A stretch of 64,000 bases of DNA from contig CBDBLV010000005.1 of the NCBI GenBank assembly GCA_965207225.1, positions 128,001-192,000 on the forward strand. The letters run 5' to 3'. The DNA comes from Dehalococcoidia bacterium (lineage in GTDB: Bacteria > Chloroflexota > Dehalococcoidia > Plut-88900). The position numbers and the translations under genes are program-made. This document shows, piece after piece, positions 29,649 through 38,030 of this stretch; positions within the stretch are counted from its first letter, which is position 1; each line of letters begins with the position of its first letter. The notes beneath the pieces were generated by a model. That model had not been told where the DNA came from and ran no database searches. It was given only the letters and a program-made list of their open reading frames with translations.

Positions 29649-31225
29649 AGCGTAACTCCTTCGGTTGGGTGATGGCCGTTGACCAGGGCGAAGACGGAGC
29701 CGGGCCTGGCGAAGCGCCCCGGCGGTATGAGGTCGGCAAGGGGCGGCGCATCCTGCTGCTCCAGGGCTTCAACCAGGATGCGCTCGACGCGGTGCACGTC
29801 GATGAGGTCCACGTCCAAGGCCTTGCGGCAGGCGTCGTTCAGCCGGTCGGGGGTGTAGCGCTGGGCGAGGCGGAGCAGCTTGTGTCCCTGCCGCACCTTG
29901 GCCCAAGGCGTGGGGCCTTCGAAGAGCCGGTCGGCGAAGGCGGCCACCGCCTCTCCCAGCTCCGCCGCGCTCTGCTTGATCTTGTCGGGCCCTCGCAGGG
30001 TGTAGGCGATGAACTCCTTTGGGTAGTCGTCGGTGTCGGTGGAGCGTTTGCCCCTGGGCTGACGGGGATGGACCTTGATCAGCTTGCCCCGGTGGTAGAT
30101 GCGCACCAGCTTGCTGTCCAGCGCGATCTCCACCTGCTGCCCCGGAGGGCACAGGGCCGACGGCACCGAGTAGAGGGCGTGCTGGCAGGTCACGTGGTGG
30201 TCGCGCTGCACCTTGGCGTTGCGCCAGCGGGTAACCTCGTAGGGATCGCCGTCCCAGGGCAGCAACGTCTGGCGCTCCTCTGTGTCGAAGACCTCCACGG
30301 GCTTGCGCCTGGTGGTGCCGTGCACCCGCTGTCCGGCCACCTCACGGCACCAGTGGAGCGCTTCCTTCCGCATGTGAGGCAGGTCCCTGAAGGAGGCTCC
30401 CTTGAAGAAGCGCTCTCTCACGTACTGGACTCCCCGCTCCACCTTGGGCTTATCCCTGGGGTGGCGCACCCGGGCCGGGTCGGTGATGAAGCCCCGGCGC
30501 TGCGAGTACTCCAGGAAGCCCCTGGTCAGCCTGGGGTGCAGGGCGTCGGCCCCGGCCACCGCCGCCGGGAAGTTGTCGATGACCAGGTACTTGGGTATGC
30601 CGTCGAAGAAAGCCCAGGCCGCCTCCAGTCCGGCGACCACGTCCTCCAGCTTCTGCCCGTGGGTGGGCCAGACGAAGCTGTGCCGCGAGTAGGCCAGCAC
30701 CACGATCAGCGCCCACACCGTCCGGCGGCGTCCCGTCTCCGGGTCCTCCAGCGGCCCCAGCCGACCGAAGTCCAGCTCCGCCACCTCGCCCGGAGGACTC
30801 TCCTCCATCCGCACCGTCCGAAGACTGCGGCCTCGCCAGTTGCGGCGGGCCACGAAGCGCTGTAACGACGAATAGGGCACATCGCAGCCCCGCTCCAAGA
30901 GCAACTCCCGGATGCGGGTCAGTTGCAGCCGGTCCCCGATGAGCCACTGCTGAATCTGGTCGGCCCAGGGGGACAGCCTCTCCTCTATGGGCATCTTGGT
31001 CTGCCGCGGTCCCGCACGGCCGATGGCCGCCAGCTTGCTCAGCTGCTCCTCGCTGGGACCCGGTCCGTCCCGGGACAGCCCCAACCTCTCCGCCGAGGAG
31101 ATGTATTTGACCACCGTGTTCCGGGACAGGCCCGTCCCAGTCGCTATGTGGCGCTGGCTCTCTCCAGCCTGCCAGCGCCGGATGACTTCTTCTATCTCCA
31201 CTCTGAGTACCTCCTTGTAGGCCAT
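29645..31225 (-). CDS. istA: IS21 transposase
   Basis: N-terminal HTH, ELDFG, IDN, KPKVERGV and RVHGTT. Confidence 0.95.
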   Translation of the reverse strand: MAYKEVLRVEIEEVIRRWQAGESQRHIATGTGLSRNTVVKYISSAERLGLSRDGPGPSEEQLSKLAAIGRAGPRQTKMPIEERLSPWADQIQQWLIGDRLQLTRIRELLLERGCDVPYSSLQRFVARRNWRGRSLRTVRMEESPPGEVAELDFGRLGPLEDPETGRRRTVWALIVVLAYSRHSFVWPTHGQKLEDVVAGLEAAWAFFDGIPKYLVIDNFPAAVAGADALHPRLTRGFLEYSQRRGFITDPARVRHPRDKPKVERGVQYVRERFFKGASFRDLPHMRKEALHWCREVAGQRVHGTTRRKPVEVFDTEERQTLLPWDGDPYEVTRWRNAKVQRDHHVTCQHALYSVPSALCPPGQQVEIALDSKLVRIYHRGKLIKVHPRQPRGKRSTDTDDYPKEFIAYTLRGPDKIKQSAAELGEAVAAFADRLFEGPTPWAKVRQGHKLLRLAQRYTPDRLNDACRKALDVDLIDVHRVERILVEALEQQDAPPLADLIPPGRFARPGSVFALVNGHHPTEGVTL

Positions 31226-31719
31226 CGCGGCACCTCCTTATCAAGTGCTGCAATGGTCTAAGCTGGGGCGCTCAGGGTGGCTCAAAGACCCTGGTTATCT
31301 GGCTCAATGTTAGTGGGTATTGTGGCTCAATGTTCCTGGGTATTGACACGGCTGACACGCCACCCACGAAACTCAATCTCCTGTACAGCCCCATTACTTC
31401 CAAAGGCAGTCCGTTTTCAGACGACCTCGGAGGGTGCATCACGAGCGATGCACGCTATGGATAGTATCCAGCCATTTTTCGCTTGTTCACACTCCCCTGC
31501 GTGCACTGCTGTCCGGTGAACCGTGCTCCAGCGCTTATCTTTGCCCGGCTTCCACACCAGCTCTTTCCGGCGGGCCATGAGTCTCATGAGGTACATAATC
31601 CCCACGTCCCAGCTGTCCTCGATGCCGTGTTCGGTCGTCTTGATTGCCCTCGGTTCCTCACCGGAAACTCGTTCCAGACCCTGAGCCCGTCAAGTCCGTG
31701 TTTGTCGTGACCTCTCGCC

Positions 31720-32050
31720 CGGCGTAACGCACCCCCACCTCAAGCGCGCTCTTTGGCCGCCTATGTCATCGGACCGTCGATTTTCGCCCGTGCACACACC
31801 CCCACCTCAAGCCTCTTTCTGCCATTGCCGACCGAACTCCGCCCTTTCAACAAATTGGTCACCGTTCACCTCCTGTAGAGGGGGATTTACCCCTGTTTCA
31901 GCTACGAAACCCCGACTCAGACCGCTTCGTAACCAGACTCCATTTCCTGTACACCCCCAATACTGCACGAAACGGGCCTCCGATAAGTGGGTATGGAAGG
32001 CGCCACCATGCGTGGGGTCTTTTTCGGCGTCTGATTTGTTCACACTCTCT
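31720..32050 (+). other. Conserved non-coding backbone module, copy 2
   Basis: Homolog of 9103-9432; internal CCCCCACCTCAAG direct repeat. Confidence 0.75.
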
Positions 32051-32091
32051 TCCAACTCTATTGAAGCGCTGAACCGAGAGGGGCCGGAACG

Positions 32092-32358
32092 ATGAACCCA
32101 CGGAAGGCCAACGAGCGTAGGGATCACCGAAAGCGCCCGGTGCGGGCGGTCGTCCGGCTCGACGCGGCGGCCCTCTGGAAGCGTTTGGCCCTGCTGAACC
32201 GCTCCCAGTCCTGGCTTGCCCGGGAGGTCGGGATAAGCCCTGGCTATCTCTCCATGCTGATCAACGCGGGGAGAGCCCCATCAGGTCGCATCCGGGAGCA
32301 GATGCAGAAGGCTCTCGGAGCGGACGACTTCAACGACCTTTTCGGAGTGGAGGAATAG
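32092..32358 (+). CDS. XRE-family HTH regulator
   Basis: SQSWLAREVGISPGYLSMLINAGRAPS. Confidence 0.85.
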   Translation: MNPRKANERRDHRKRPVRAVVRLDAAALWKRLALLNRSQSWLAREVGISPGYLSMLINAGRAPSGRIREQMQKALGADDFNDLFGVEE

Positions 32359-32469
32359 CGATGACGCAACCTGACGTTACGTCCGCCCTCACCGAGTCGG
32401 CGGCCCCACTCCCACACTTGTAAACAAGAGGCCAGCGGCCCGATAGAGAAGCCGCTGTGACTGTGACCC

Positions 32470-32694
32470 ATGAGAGACAGCAGCGAGAAAAGAACACGGA
32501 AGAGACCCGCAGGCCGGGAGCTTGAACGCGCCCTTGCCCACTCCATGCCGTCCTATTCTCCGGAGCACCGCAGGGCGATCCTCAAGGGGCTGCGCATCCT
32601 GGCCCGTGTCGCCATCCGCTCATACATGGAAGAGAAGGCGGAAGCATCATCCCGGTCCGAAGCTGTAGGAGGCGGCAGCGAGGAGGAGATCTGA
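32470..32694 (+). CDS. Small 'GLRILAR' protein (element backbone)
   Basis: Homolog of 8534-8773. Confidence 0.65.
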   Translation: MRDSSEKRTRKRPAGRELERALAHSMPSYSPEHRRAILKGLRILARVAIRSYMEEKAEASSRSEAVGGGSEEEI

Positions 32695-32910
32695 TGGGAT
32701 GCGAGGGGAAGCGGCAGACGCCTCTGCCATGTCGGTCGGCGCCAAATGGATGAGCCAACCTGTGCCGCCGTCCCCAGCGGTCGGGAGGCCACGGGAGACC
32801 GGCATCGATGTCAATGCTAAGTTAGATTTGACCCTTTTCCGCTAAGTTAGAACTGACCCACCTTGTCGTTAAGTCGCCTCCTTTCTGGCAAGCAAGAGTG
32901 CCTCTGGGAT

Positions 32911-33714
32911 TTAGACGTCGCCGGAGCTAGCGGCTTCAGGCGATGTCGATAGCAGTTGATGGGAGGCGAAGAGTCCGGCCTGCCTCTTGCCTTTAAGCCG
33001 GTAGCTCTCGCCTCGGATGTTGAGGACGTGGCTGTGGTGCAGCAGCCGGTCCAGGATGGCCGAGGCGATGACGGTATCGCCCAGAAGCTCACCCCACTCG
33101 GCGAAGCCCTTGTTGGAGGTGAGGATGATGCTGCCCCGCTCATAGCGAGCCGACACCAGGGTGAAGAAGGCGGTGGAGGCGTCCCGGTCGTAAGGCCAGA
33201 TGCCGAACTCGTCCACGATGAGTAGCTTGGGCGACAGGTAGACCCGCATGCGCCGTTGGAGGTTGTTCTCCACCCTGGCCTTCCTCAGGTCCTCCATCAG
33301 GTCGTAGGCTCGGACGAAGTAGGCCCCCTGGCTCTTCTCGATGGCCTTGAGCGCTAGGGCCACCGCCAGATGGGTCTTGCCCACACCTGGCGGTCCCAGG
33401 AGCAGCAGGTTGGTGGCTTCGGCGACGAAGGACAGGCCGGCCAGTTCCCGCACCTGTCGCTCGTCGATGGAGGGCTGAAACGAGAAGTCGAACTGCTCCA
33501 AGGTCCGGTGGAAGGGGAGGTGAGCCAGCTTCGTCCTGGTGGACATGTACCGCTCCTTCCGGGCGGCCACTTCCACGCCGAGTAGCTCTGCCAGCATCTC
33601 GGGGTAGGTCAGTTTCTTGGTGGCCGCAGCGTCCAGGGAGTTGTCCAGGGCTTCGACGGCCTGCTTGAGGCCCAGCGTCTCCAGGTGCTGGCGAGCCTGT
33701 TCCAGCGCGATCAT
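32911..33714 (-). CDS. istB: IS21 helper ATPase
   Basis: GPPGVGKTHLA, IVDEFG, LTSN, ILDRLLHH and GESYR. Confidence 0.95.
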   Translation of the reverse strand: MIALEQARQHLETLGLKQAVEALDNSLDAAATKKLTYPEMLAELLGVEVAARKERYMSTRTKLAHLPFHRTLEQFDFSFQPSIDERQVRELAGLSFVAEATNLLLLGPPGVGKTHLAVALALKAIEKSQGAYFVRAYDLMEDLRKARVENNLQRRMRVYLSPKLLIVDEFGIWPYDRDASTAFFTLVSARYERGSIILTSNKGFAEWGELLGDTVIASAILDRLLHHSHVLNIRGESYRLKGKRQAGLFASHQLLSTSPEAASSGDV

Positions 33715-34946
33715 CGCCCACCTCCCACCGCTGCCAACTCGTACACCTCCAGGGAGCGGCGCTCCACCTGGCCCACAGGGATCTGCACCGCCACGGCTTC
33801 CTTACGAGGACGATCATCGCCGCCGGGCAGTCCGTCCCACTGGCCCGGCAGTGTGAGGCGCTGACCGGTCCGCTGGGCTTGGGGATGCACCGCCAGCCGC
33901 ACGTCGCCCGACCAGACCTCCACCGTACCGGCCCGCACACCCACCTGGACCGTCGAACCCGCCCAGCTCCAGGGCACGCCGTAGCGAGACCTCTCCCAGT
34001 GGACGTAGCCGTCCCTGGCCACCTTCCGCTCCTCCCGCATGTAGGGCGCAAGGCCCGAACGCGGCGGCAGGCTGCCCAGGTGGGCGAGCTCCTCAGCCAG
34101 CATCTCTCGGGGGACCCGGTGCGTCGTCCCATGGACTCGCCGATTGGCCACCGCATCGCACCACTCCAGGGCCTGGCGGTTCATGTCTGCGTCGTCGGTG
34201 AAGCGGACACCGGGCCACAGGTTGCCCCGGACGTACTTCACGCCGCTCTCCACCTTGCCCTTCGTCTGCGCTCGGTAGGGTCGGCACAGACGGAGGTCGA
34301 AGCCCATTCGCAGTGAGAAGTCCAGCATCCGGCTGTTCCACTCCGGCCTGCCCTCCCTGTCACGCCCCAGGACCACCACCTTGGCGTTGTCGTACAGGCA
34401 GCGGCGGGGAACACCACCGAAGTACTCGAAGGCGTTCACGTGGCACCTGATGAAGGTCGCCACGTCGGCGCGCCGGACGAACTCCACGTAGATGGTCCGA
34501 GACCAGCTCAGCACCATCACGAAGGCCCAGACCCGGTGCTTGCGCCCGTCCTCTCCGACATAGGCGAAGCTGCCCCAGTCCACCTGTGCCTGCTCGCCTG
34601 GCGCCGTCTCGAACCGCACCGTCGCACGGGGCTGACGCGGCCGACGCCGAGGCCGCACGTAGTTGGTCAGCGTCGGATAGCTGCCGTCGTAGCCCAACTC
34701 CCGGATCTCCCGCAGCAGCACCACGCAGTTGTCCACTCCCGCCGACAGCCGACCATCTATGTGACCCTTGTATGGGTCCAGCTTCGACCCCTGCTTCTCT
34801 CGCCGCTTGGCCTTGGGCACCTCGTCGGAGCGCACGTACTTGCGCACGGTGTTCCGGGAAATCCCCAACTCCCTCGATATCCCTCGGATCGAGCTTCCAT
34901 CGCCCTTCAACTCGTATAACTCTCTCACTAACCCACCTCCTATCAT
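33711..34946 (-). CDS. istA: IS21 transposase
   Basis: RFETAPGEQAQVDWG, YDN, KGKVESGV and RVHGTT. Confidence 0.95.
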   Translation of the reverse strand: MIGGGLVRELYELKGDGSSIRGISRELGISRNTVRKYVRSDEVPKAKRREKQGSKLDPYKGHIDGRLSAGVDNCVVLLREIRELGYDGSYPTLTNYVRPRRRPRQPRATVRFETAPGEQAQVDWGSFAYVGEDGRKHRVWAFVMVLSWSRTIYVEFVRRADVATFIRCHVNAFEYFGGVPRRCLYDNAKVVVLGRDREGRPEWNSRMLDFSLRMGFDLRLCRPYRAQTKGKVESGVKYVRGNLWPGVRFTDDADMNRQALEWCDAVANRRVHGTTHRVPREMLAEELAHLGSLPPRSGLAPYMREERKVARDGYVHWERSRYGVPWSWAGSTVQVGVRAGTVEVWSGDVRLAVHPQAQRTGQRLTLPGQWDGLPGGDDRPRKEAVAVQIPVGQVERRSLEVYELAAVGGGR

Positions 34947-35603
34947 TTGACTTGCTGCACCTCCTAATCGGTTTCCCGACGAAGATGCGTCCGCTATCGG
35001 GGTGGGTCAATTCCAAATTAGCGCTACTGGGTCAGTTTAGAGTTAGCACTAACATCGAGACCCCGGAGCGCCGCCGGCAGACCCCGCCGGACGGTTGACA
35101 TGTCACGGTGCCGCAGCCCCCTGCCAGCCCTGCGCCAGCACCCCTTCCGAGGGATTTAGAGTGCCGTTTCCGCCCCGTCCCGCACCCCCACCTCCATCGC
35201 CTTATGCGCCCCGTTTTCCCACCGAGCAGCCGATTTAGCACGGCGTCGTGCCCTCCGACATCCAACGAAATTCGCTGGATTCGACCGGAACCCGCCCTTT
35301 CAAGAAAGTGTTCACTCTTTCCGTCCGATAGAGGGACGATGTGGCACTGTGCCAGCTACGGAATCGCCTATTCCGCCGCTTCCCCGACAAACTCAAACTC
35401 GTGTACAGGCCCCCCACTTGGCGGGAGACCCCCGATCCGGCAGTCGGCTGGAAGGGATACCCTTGCAGGGGATGTTCCTCACCTCGCCGGGCGACTGGGG
35501 AGCAGGGACCGCCGGGGGGCTTGGACGAGCCCTGCTTGTTTCCGCCGCCAAAAACGACCCTTTCAGGTGGCGGCTGTTCACGTGAGAATTTGACCGACGA
35601 GTC

Positions 35604-35632
35604 TTGACTCGTTCATGTGTGAAGGATAGAAT
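35604..35632 (+). promoter_or_regulatory. Sigma70 promoter of the antitoxin-vapC-integrase unit
   Basis: TTGACT-17 nt-TAGAAT, overlapped by repeated TGACTC/GAGTC motifs. Confidence 0.6.
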
Positions 35633-35674
35633 GACTCGTAGAGCCTCTATTTGTGACTCATCAGGGAGTGTGAC

Positions 35675-35938
35675 ATGAACCAATTGACGGTAAGAGGATT
35701 CGACGACGAACTGAGCGCGGCTATGCACGGCCTCGCCAGGCGGGAGGGAATCTCCCTGAACCAAGCTGCGCTGAGGCTTCTGAGGAGGGGAGCGGGGATA
35801 ACGGATAGCAAGAGAAACCCCAACGCCATAGGGTCTGCATTGGACGACCTGTTCGGTGTGTGGAGTCAGGATGAGGCGGACAGCTTCAACCGCGCTATTG
35901 AGGTCTTCGGGACGGTGGACGAGGCAGCGTGGGCATGA
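35675..35938 (+). CDS. RHH antitoxin (FitA/VapB-like), TA pair 4
   Basis: QLTVRGFDDEL...AR.EGISLNQAAL.LL; ATGA overlap with vapC. Confidence 0.85.
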   Translation: MNQLTVRGFDDELSAAMHGLARREGISLNQAALRLLRRGAGITDSKRNPNAIGSALDDLFGVWSQDEADSFNRAIEVFGTVDEAAWA

Positions 35939-36333
35939 GGATTCTGCTGGACTCGAACGCCTACTCCGCGTTCATGCGGGGCAACGAGGAAGTGAGAGCC
36001 CTCATACAGGACGCTGAGGAAGTGCTGTTCTCCGCTATTGTTGTAGGCGAGCAGCTTTTCGGATTCCGGCAAGGGGCGTACTACGAGCGGAACCTTGCGC
36101 AGCTTCGATCCTTCCTCGAACGTCCTTACGTGTCCTTCGTTCCCGTGGGTCCGGTGACCGCCGACCGTTACTCACGTGTGATGACCGCATTGAAGGCTAA
36201 GGGGCGGCCCATTCCCACAAACGACGTCTGGATTGCGGCCCACGCGATGGAAACGGGCGCCGACCTGGTATCGGCGGATCGCCACTTCGAGCACGTTGAC
36301 GGGATAGTGTGGACACCGATAACAACCAACTGA
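35935..36333 (+). CDS. vapC: VapC/PIN-domain toxin
   Basis: LLDSNAYS, GRPIPTNDVWIAA and SADRHF motifs. Confidence 0.92.
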   Translation: MRILLDSNAYSAFMRGNEEVRALIQDAEEVLFSAIVVGEQLFGFRQGAYYERNLAQLRSFLERPYVSFVPVGPVTADRYSRVMTALKAKGRPIPTNDVWIAAHAMETGADLVSADRHFEHVDGIVWTPITTN

Positions 36334-36349
36334 AACCAAGGAGGACGAC

Positions 36350-37930
36350 ATGAAGAAGAAGCACCTACAGCCGCTAACGCCGGCGGCTTTATATGCCAGG
36401 GTGTCCAGCGACCGCCAGGACGTGGACCTGTCCGTGGCAGCCCAGCTCAGGGCGCTCAAGGAGTACGCAGAGGCCAACGGCTACTCCGTGGCCCGCGAGT
36501 ACATCGACGAGGCGGAGAGCGGCCGCATCGCAGACCGCCCCCAGTTCAAGATGATGATCGAGGAGGGCAGCAAGCCCAAGGCCCCCTTCCAGGTCATTCT
36601 CGTATGGAAGTTTTCGAGGTTCACAAGGAAGCGGGAGCACGCCGTCGTCTTCAAGTCCCAGCTGCGGCGCAAGGGCATCCGCGTGGTGTCCATCACCGAG
36701 CAGGCCGAGGACAACGCCACCGGCAGGCTGCTTGAGGGCATCATCGAGACCGTGGATGAATTTTACAGCGAGAATCTGGCGACGGAAGTTGTCCGGGGCA
36801 TGCGGGAGGCCGCGTCACGGGGCTTCTTCCTGGGTTCGAAGGCCCCCTTCGGCTACCGGAAGATCAAGGTGCAGGACGGGGTGAAGGAGCGCCCCTCGCT
36901 GGAGGTGGACCCGGCCACCGCTCCTGTAGTGAAGGAGATATTCGAGAAGTCCCTGGGCGGCCACGGCCTCAAGGAGCTGTGCAAGGAGCTGAACGAGCGG
37001 GGCGTCACCAACCGGGGCAAGCGCTGGTACAAGGGCGGACTCCACTACGTGCTGAGGAACGAGGTGTACACCGGCACGGCAGTGTGGGGACTCAAGGGCA
37101 AGAACGAGAAGTCCCAGGACCCTGTGCGGGTGGAGGGAGCGTGGCCCGCGCTGGTGTCGCGGGAGTTGTTCGACGAGGTGCAGCAGGCGATGAGCGAGCG
37201 TGCTCCGAAGGTGCAGAGGCCCGCGAGAGTGGGAAGCCAGTATCTGCTGAGCGGGCTGCTCAAGTGCGGGGTGTGCGGCAGGCCCTACTCGGCCCAGGGA
37301 GCCAAGAGCGGCCAGTTCGCCTACTACATCTGCGGCACCCTGTTCAGGGAGGGCGCGGGGACGTGCAGCGCCGGTTATCTGAACGCCCAGAAGCTGGAGA
37401 CCTTCGTGGTTGAGAAGATACGGGAGCGTATCCTCAACGAGGAGACCATCGTGGCGCTGGTGCAGCTGGTGGCGGAGGAGATCGACGCCATGGCCGGAGA
37501 GCTTGCCGATAGGCTGGATGTCGTCGAGGCGGAGCTAGAGGACGTGAGGAAGCGCCTTGGGAAGCTCTACGAGGCCATCGAGACCAGTGAGTTGACCCTT
37601 GAGGTCCTGTCGCCCCGCATCATGTCCCTGAGGCACCGCGAGGAGCAGCTGGAGGCTGCGCGGGAGGACGCCGAGACCCGGCTGGAGCAGCGCAGGGTTG
37701 CCCTTCCCGACACCGAGGAGATCGTGGAGTACGTGGCGGACTTCCGAGACTTCCTGAAGGACGGGACGATACCGGAGAAGAAGGCGCTCATCCGCAACTT
37801 TGTGGAGGGCATCGAGGTGGTGGGAGACGAGGCGACGCTGACGTACACGGTCCCCATGCCGAGCGACGGCGTGACCAGCGAATCGGCCTCGGTTCTTGAT
37901 TTCGTCAAGTCCAGCCCACCAGGGGGATAG
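36350..37930 (+). CDS. Large serine recombinase (integrase of element B)
   Basis: YARVSSDRQDVDLS (close paralog of 2339-4081), zinc ribbon, coiled coil; ends two codons past the att core. Confidence 0.95.
   Translation: MKKKHLQPLTPAALYARVSSDRQDVDLSVAAQLRALKEYAEANGYSVAREYIDEAESGRIADRPQFKMMIEEGSKPKAPFQVILVWKFSRFTRKREHAVVFKSQLRRKGIRVVSITEQAEDNATGRLLEGIIETVDEFYSENLATEVVRGMREAASRGFFLGSKAPFGYRKIKVQDGVKERPSLEVDPATAPVVKEIFEKSLGGHGLKELCKELNERGVTNRGKRWYKGGLHYVLRNEVYTGTAVWGLKGKNEKSQDPVRVEGAWPALVSRELFDEVQQAMSERAPKVQRPARVGSQYLLSGLLKCGVCGRPYSAQGAKSGQFAYYICGTLFREGAGTCSAGYLNAQKLETFVVEKIRERILNEETIVALVQLVAEEIDAMAGELADRLDVVEAELEDVRKRLGKLYEAIETSELTLEVLSPRIMSLRHREEQLEAAREDAETRLEQRRVALPDTEEIVEYVADFRDFLKDGTIPEKKALIRNFVEGIEVVGDEATLTYTVPMPSDGVTSESASVLDFVKSSPPGG
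37891..37922. other. att junction 3 (element B attP arm plus core)
   Basis: GGTTCTTGATTTCGTCAAGTC-CA-GCCCACCAG. Confidence 0.9.
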
Positions 37931-38030
37931 GAGATGGATTGATGACCCCTCCCCATAATCCCATAAGTTCCTCTATTCTTAGGGTTAGATTAACTCCAAG
38001 GTCGAACAGCCTTGATCAAGGAAACAGACA

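Larger units (their letters stand above)
28759..31348 (-). mobile_element. IS21-family element 1
   Basis: Ends TGTCGTTACCCA.../...TGGGTATTGACA with internal TTGAGCCA repeats; 5-bp TSD CGGCT (28754-28758, 31349-31353). Confidence 0.93.
32809..35054 (-). mobile_element. IS21-family element 2
   Basis: Ends TGTCAATGCTAA.../...TTAGCACTAACA with TGACCC repeats; 4-bp TSD TCGA (32805-32808, 35055-35058). Confidence 0.93.
17321..37917. mobile_element. Integrative element B (~20.6 kb including three IS)
   Basis: Bounded by att cores at 17318 and 37914 with matching 21-bp inverted arms; integrase at the distal end. Confidence 0.88.

Noticed and set aside
2500-37917. Prophage or self-transmissible ICE
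   Set aside because: No terminase, capsid, tail, VirB4 or coupling-protein genes are recognisable.
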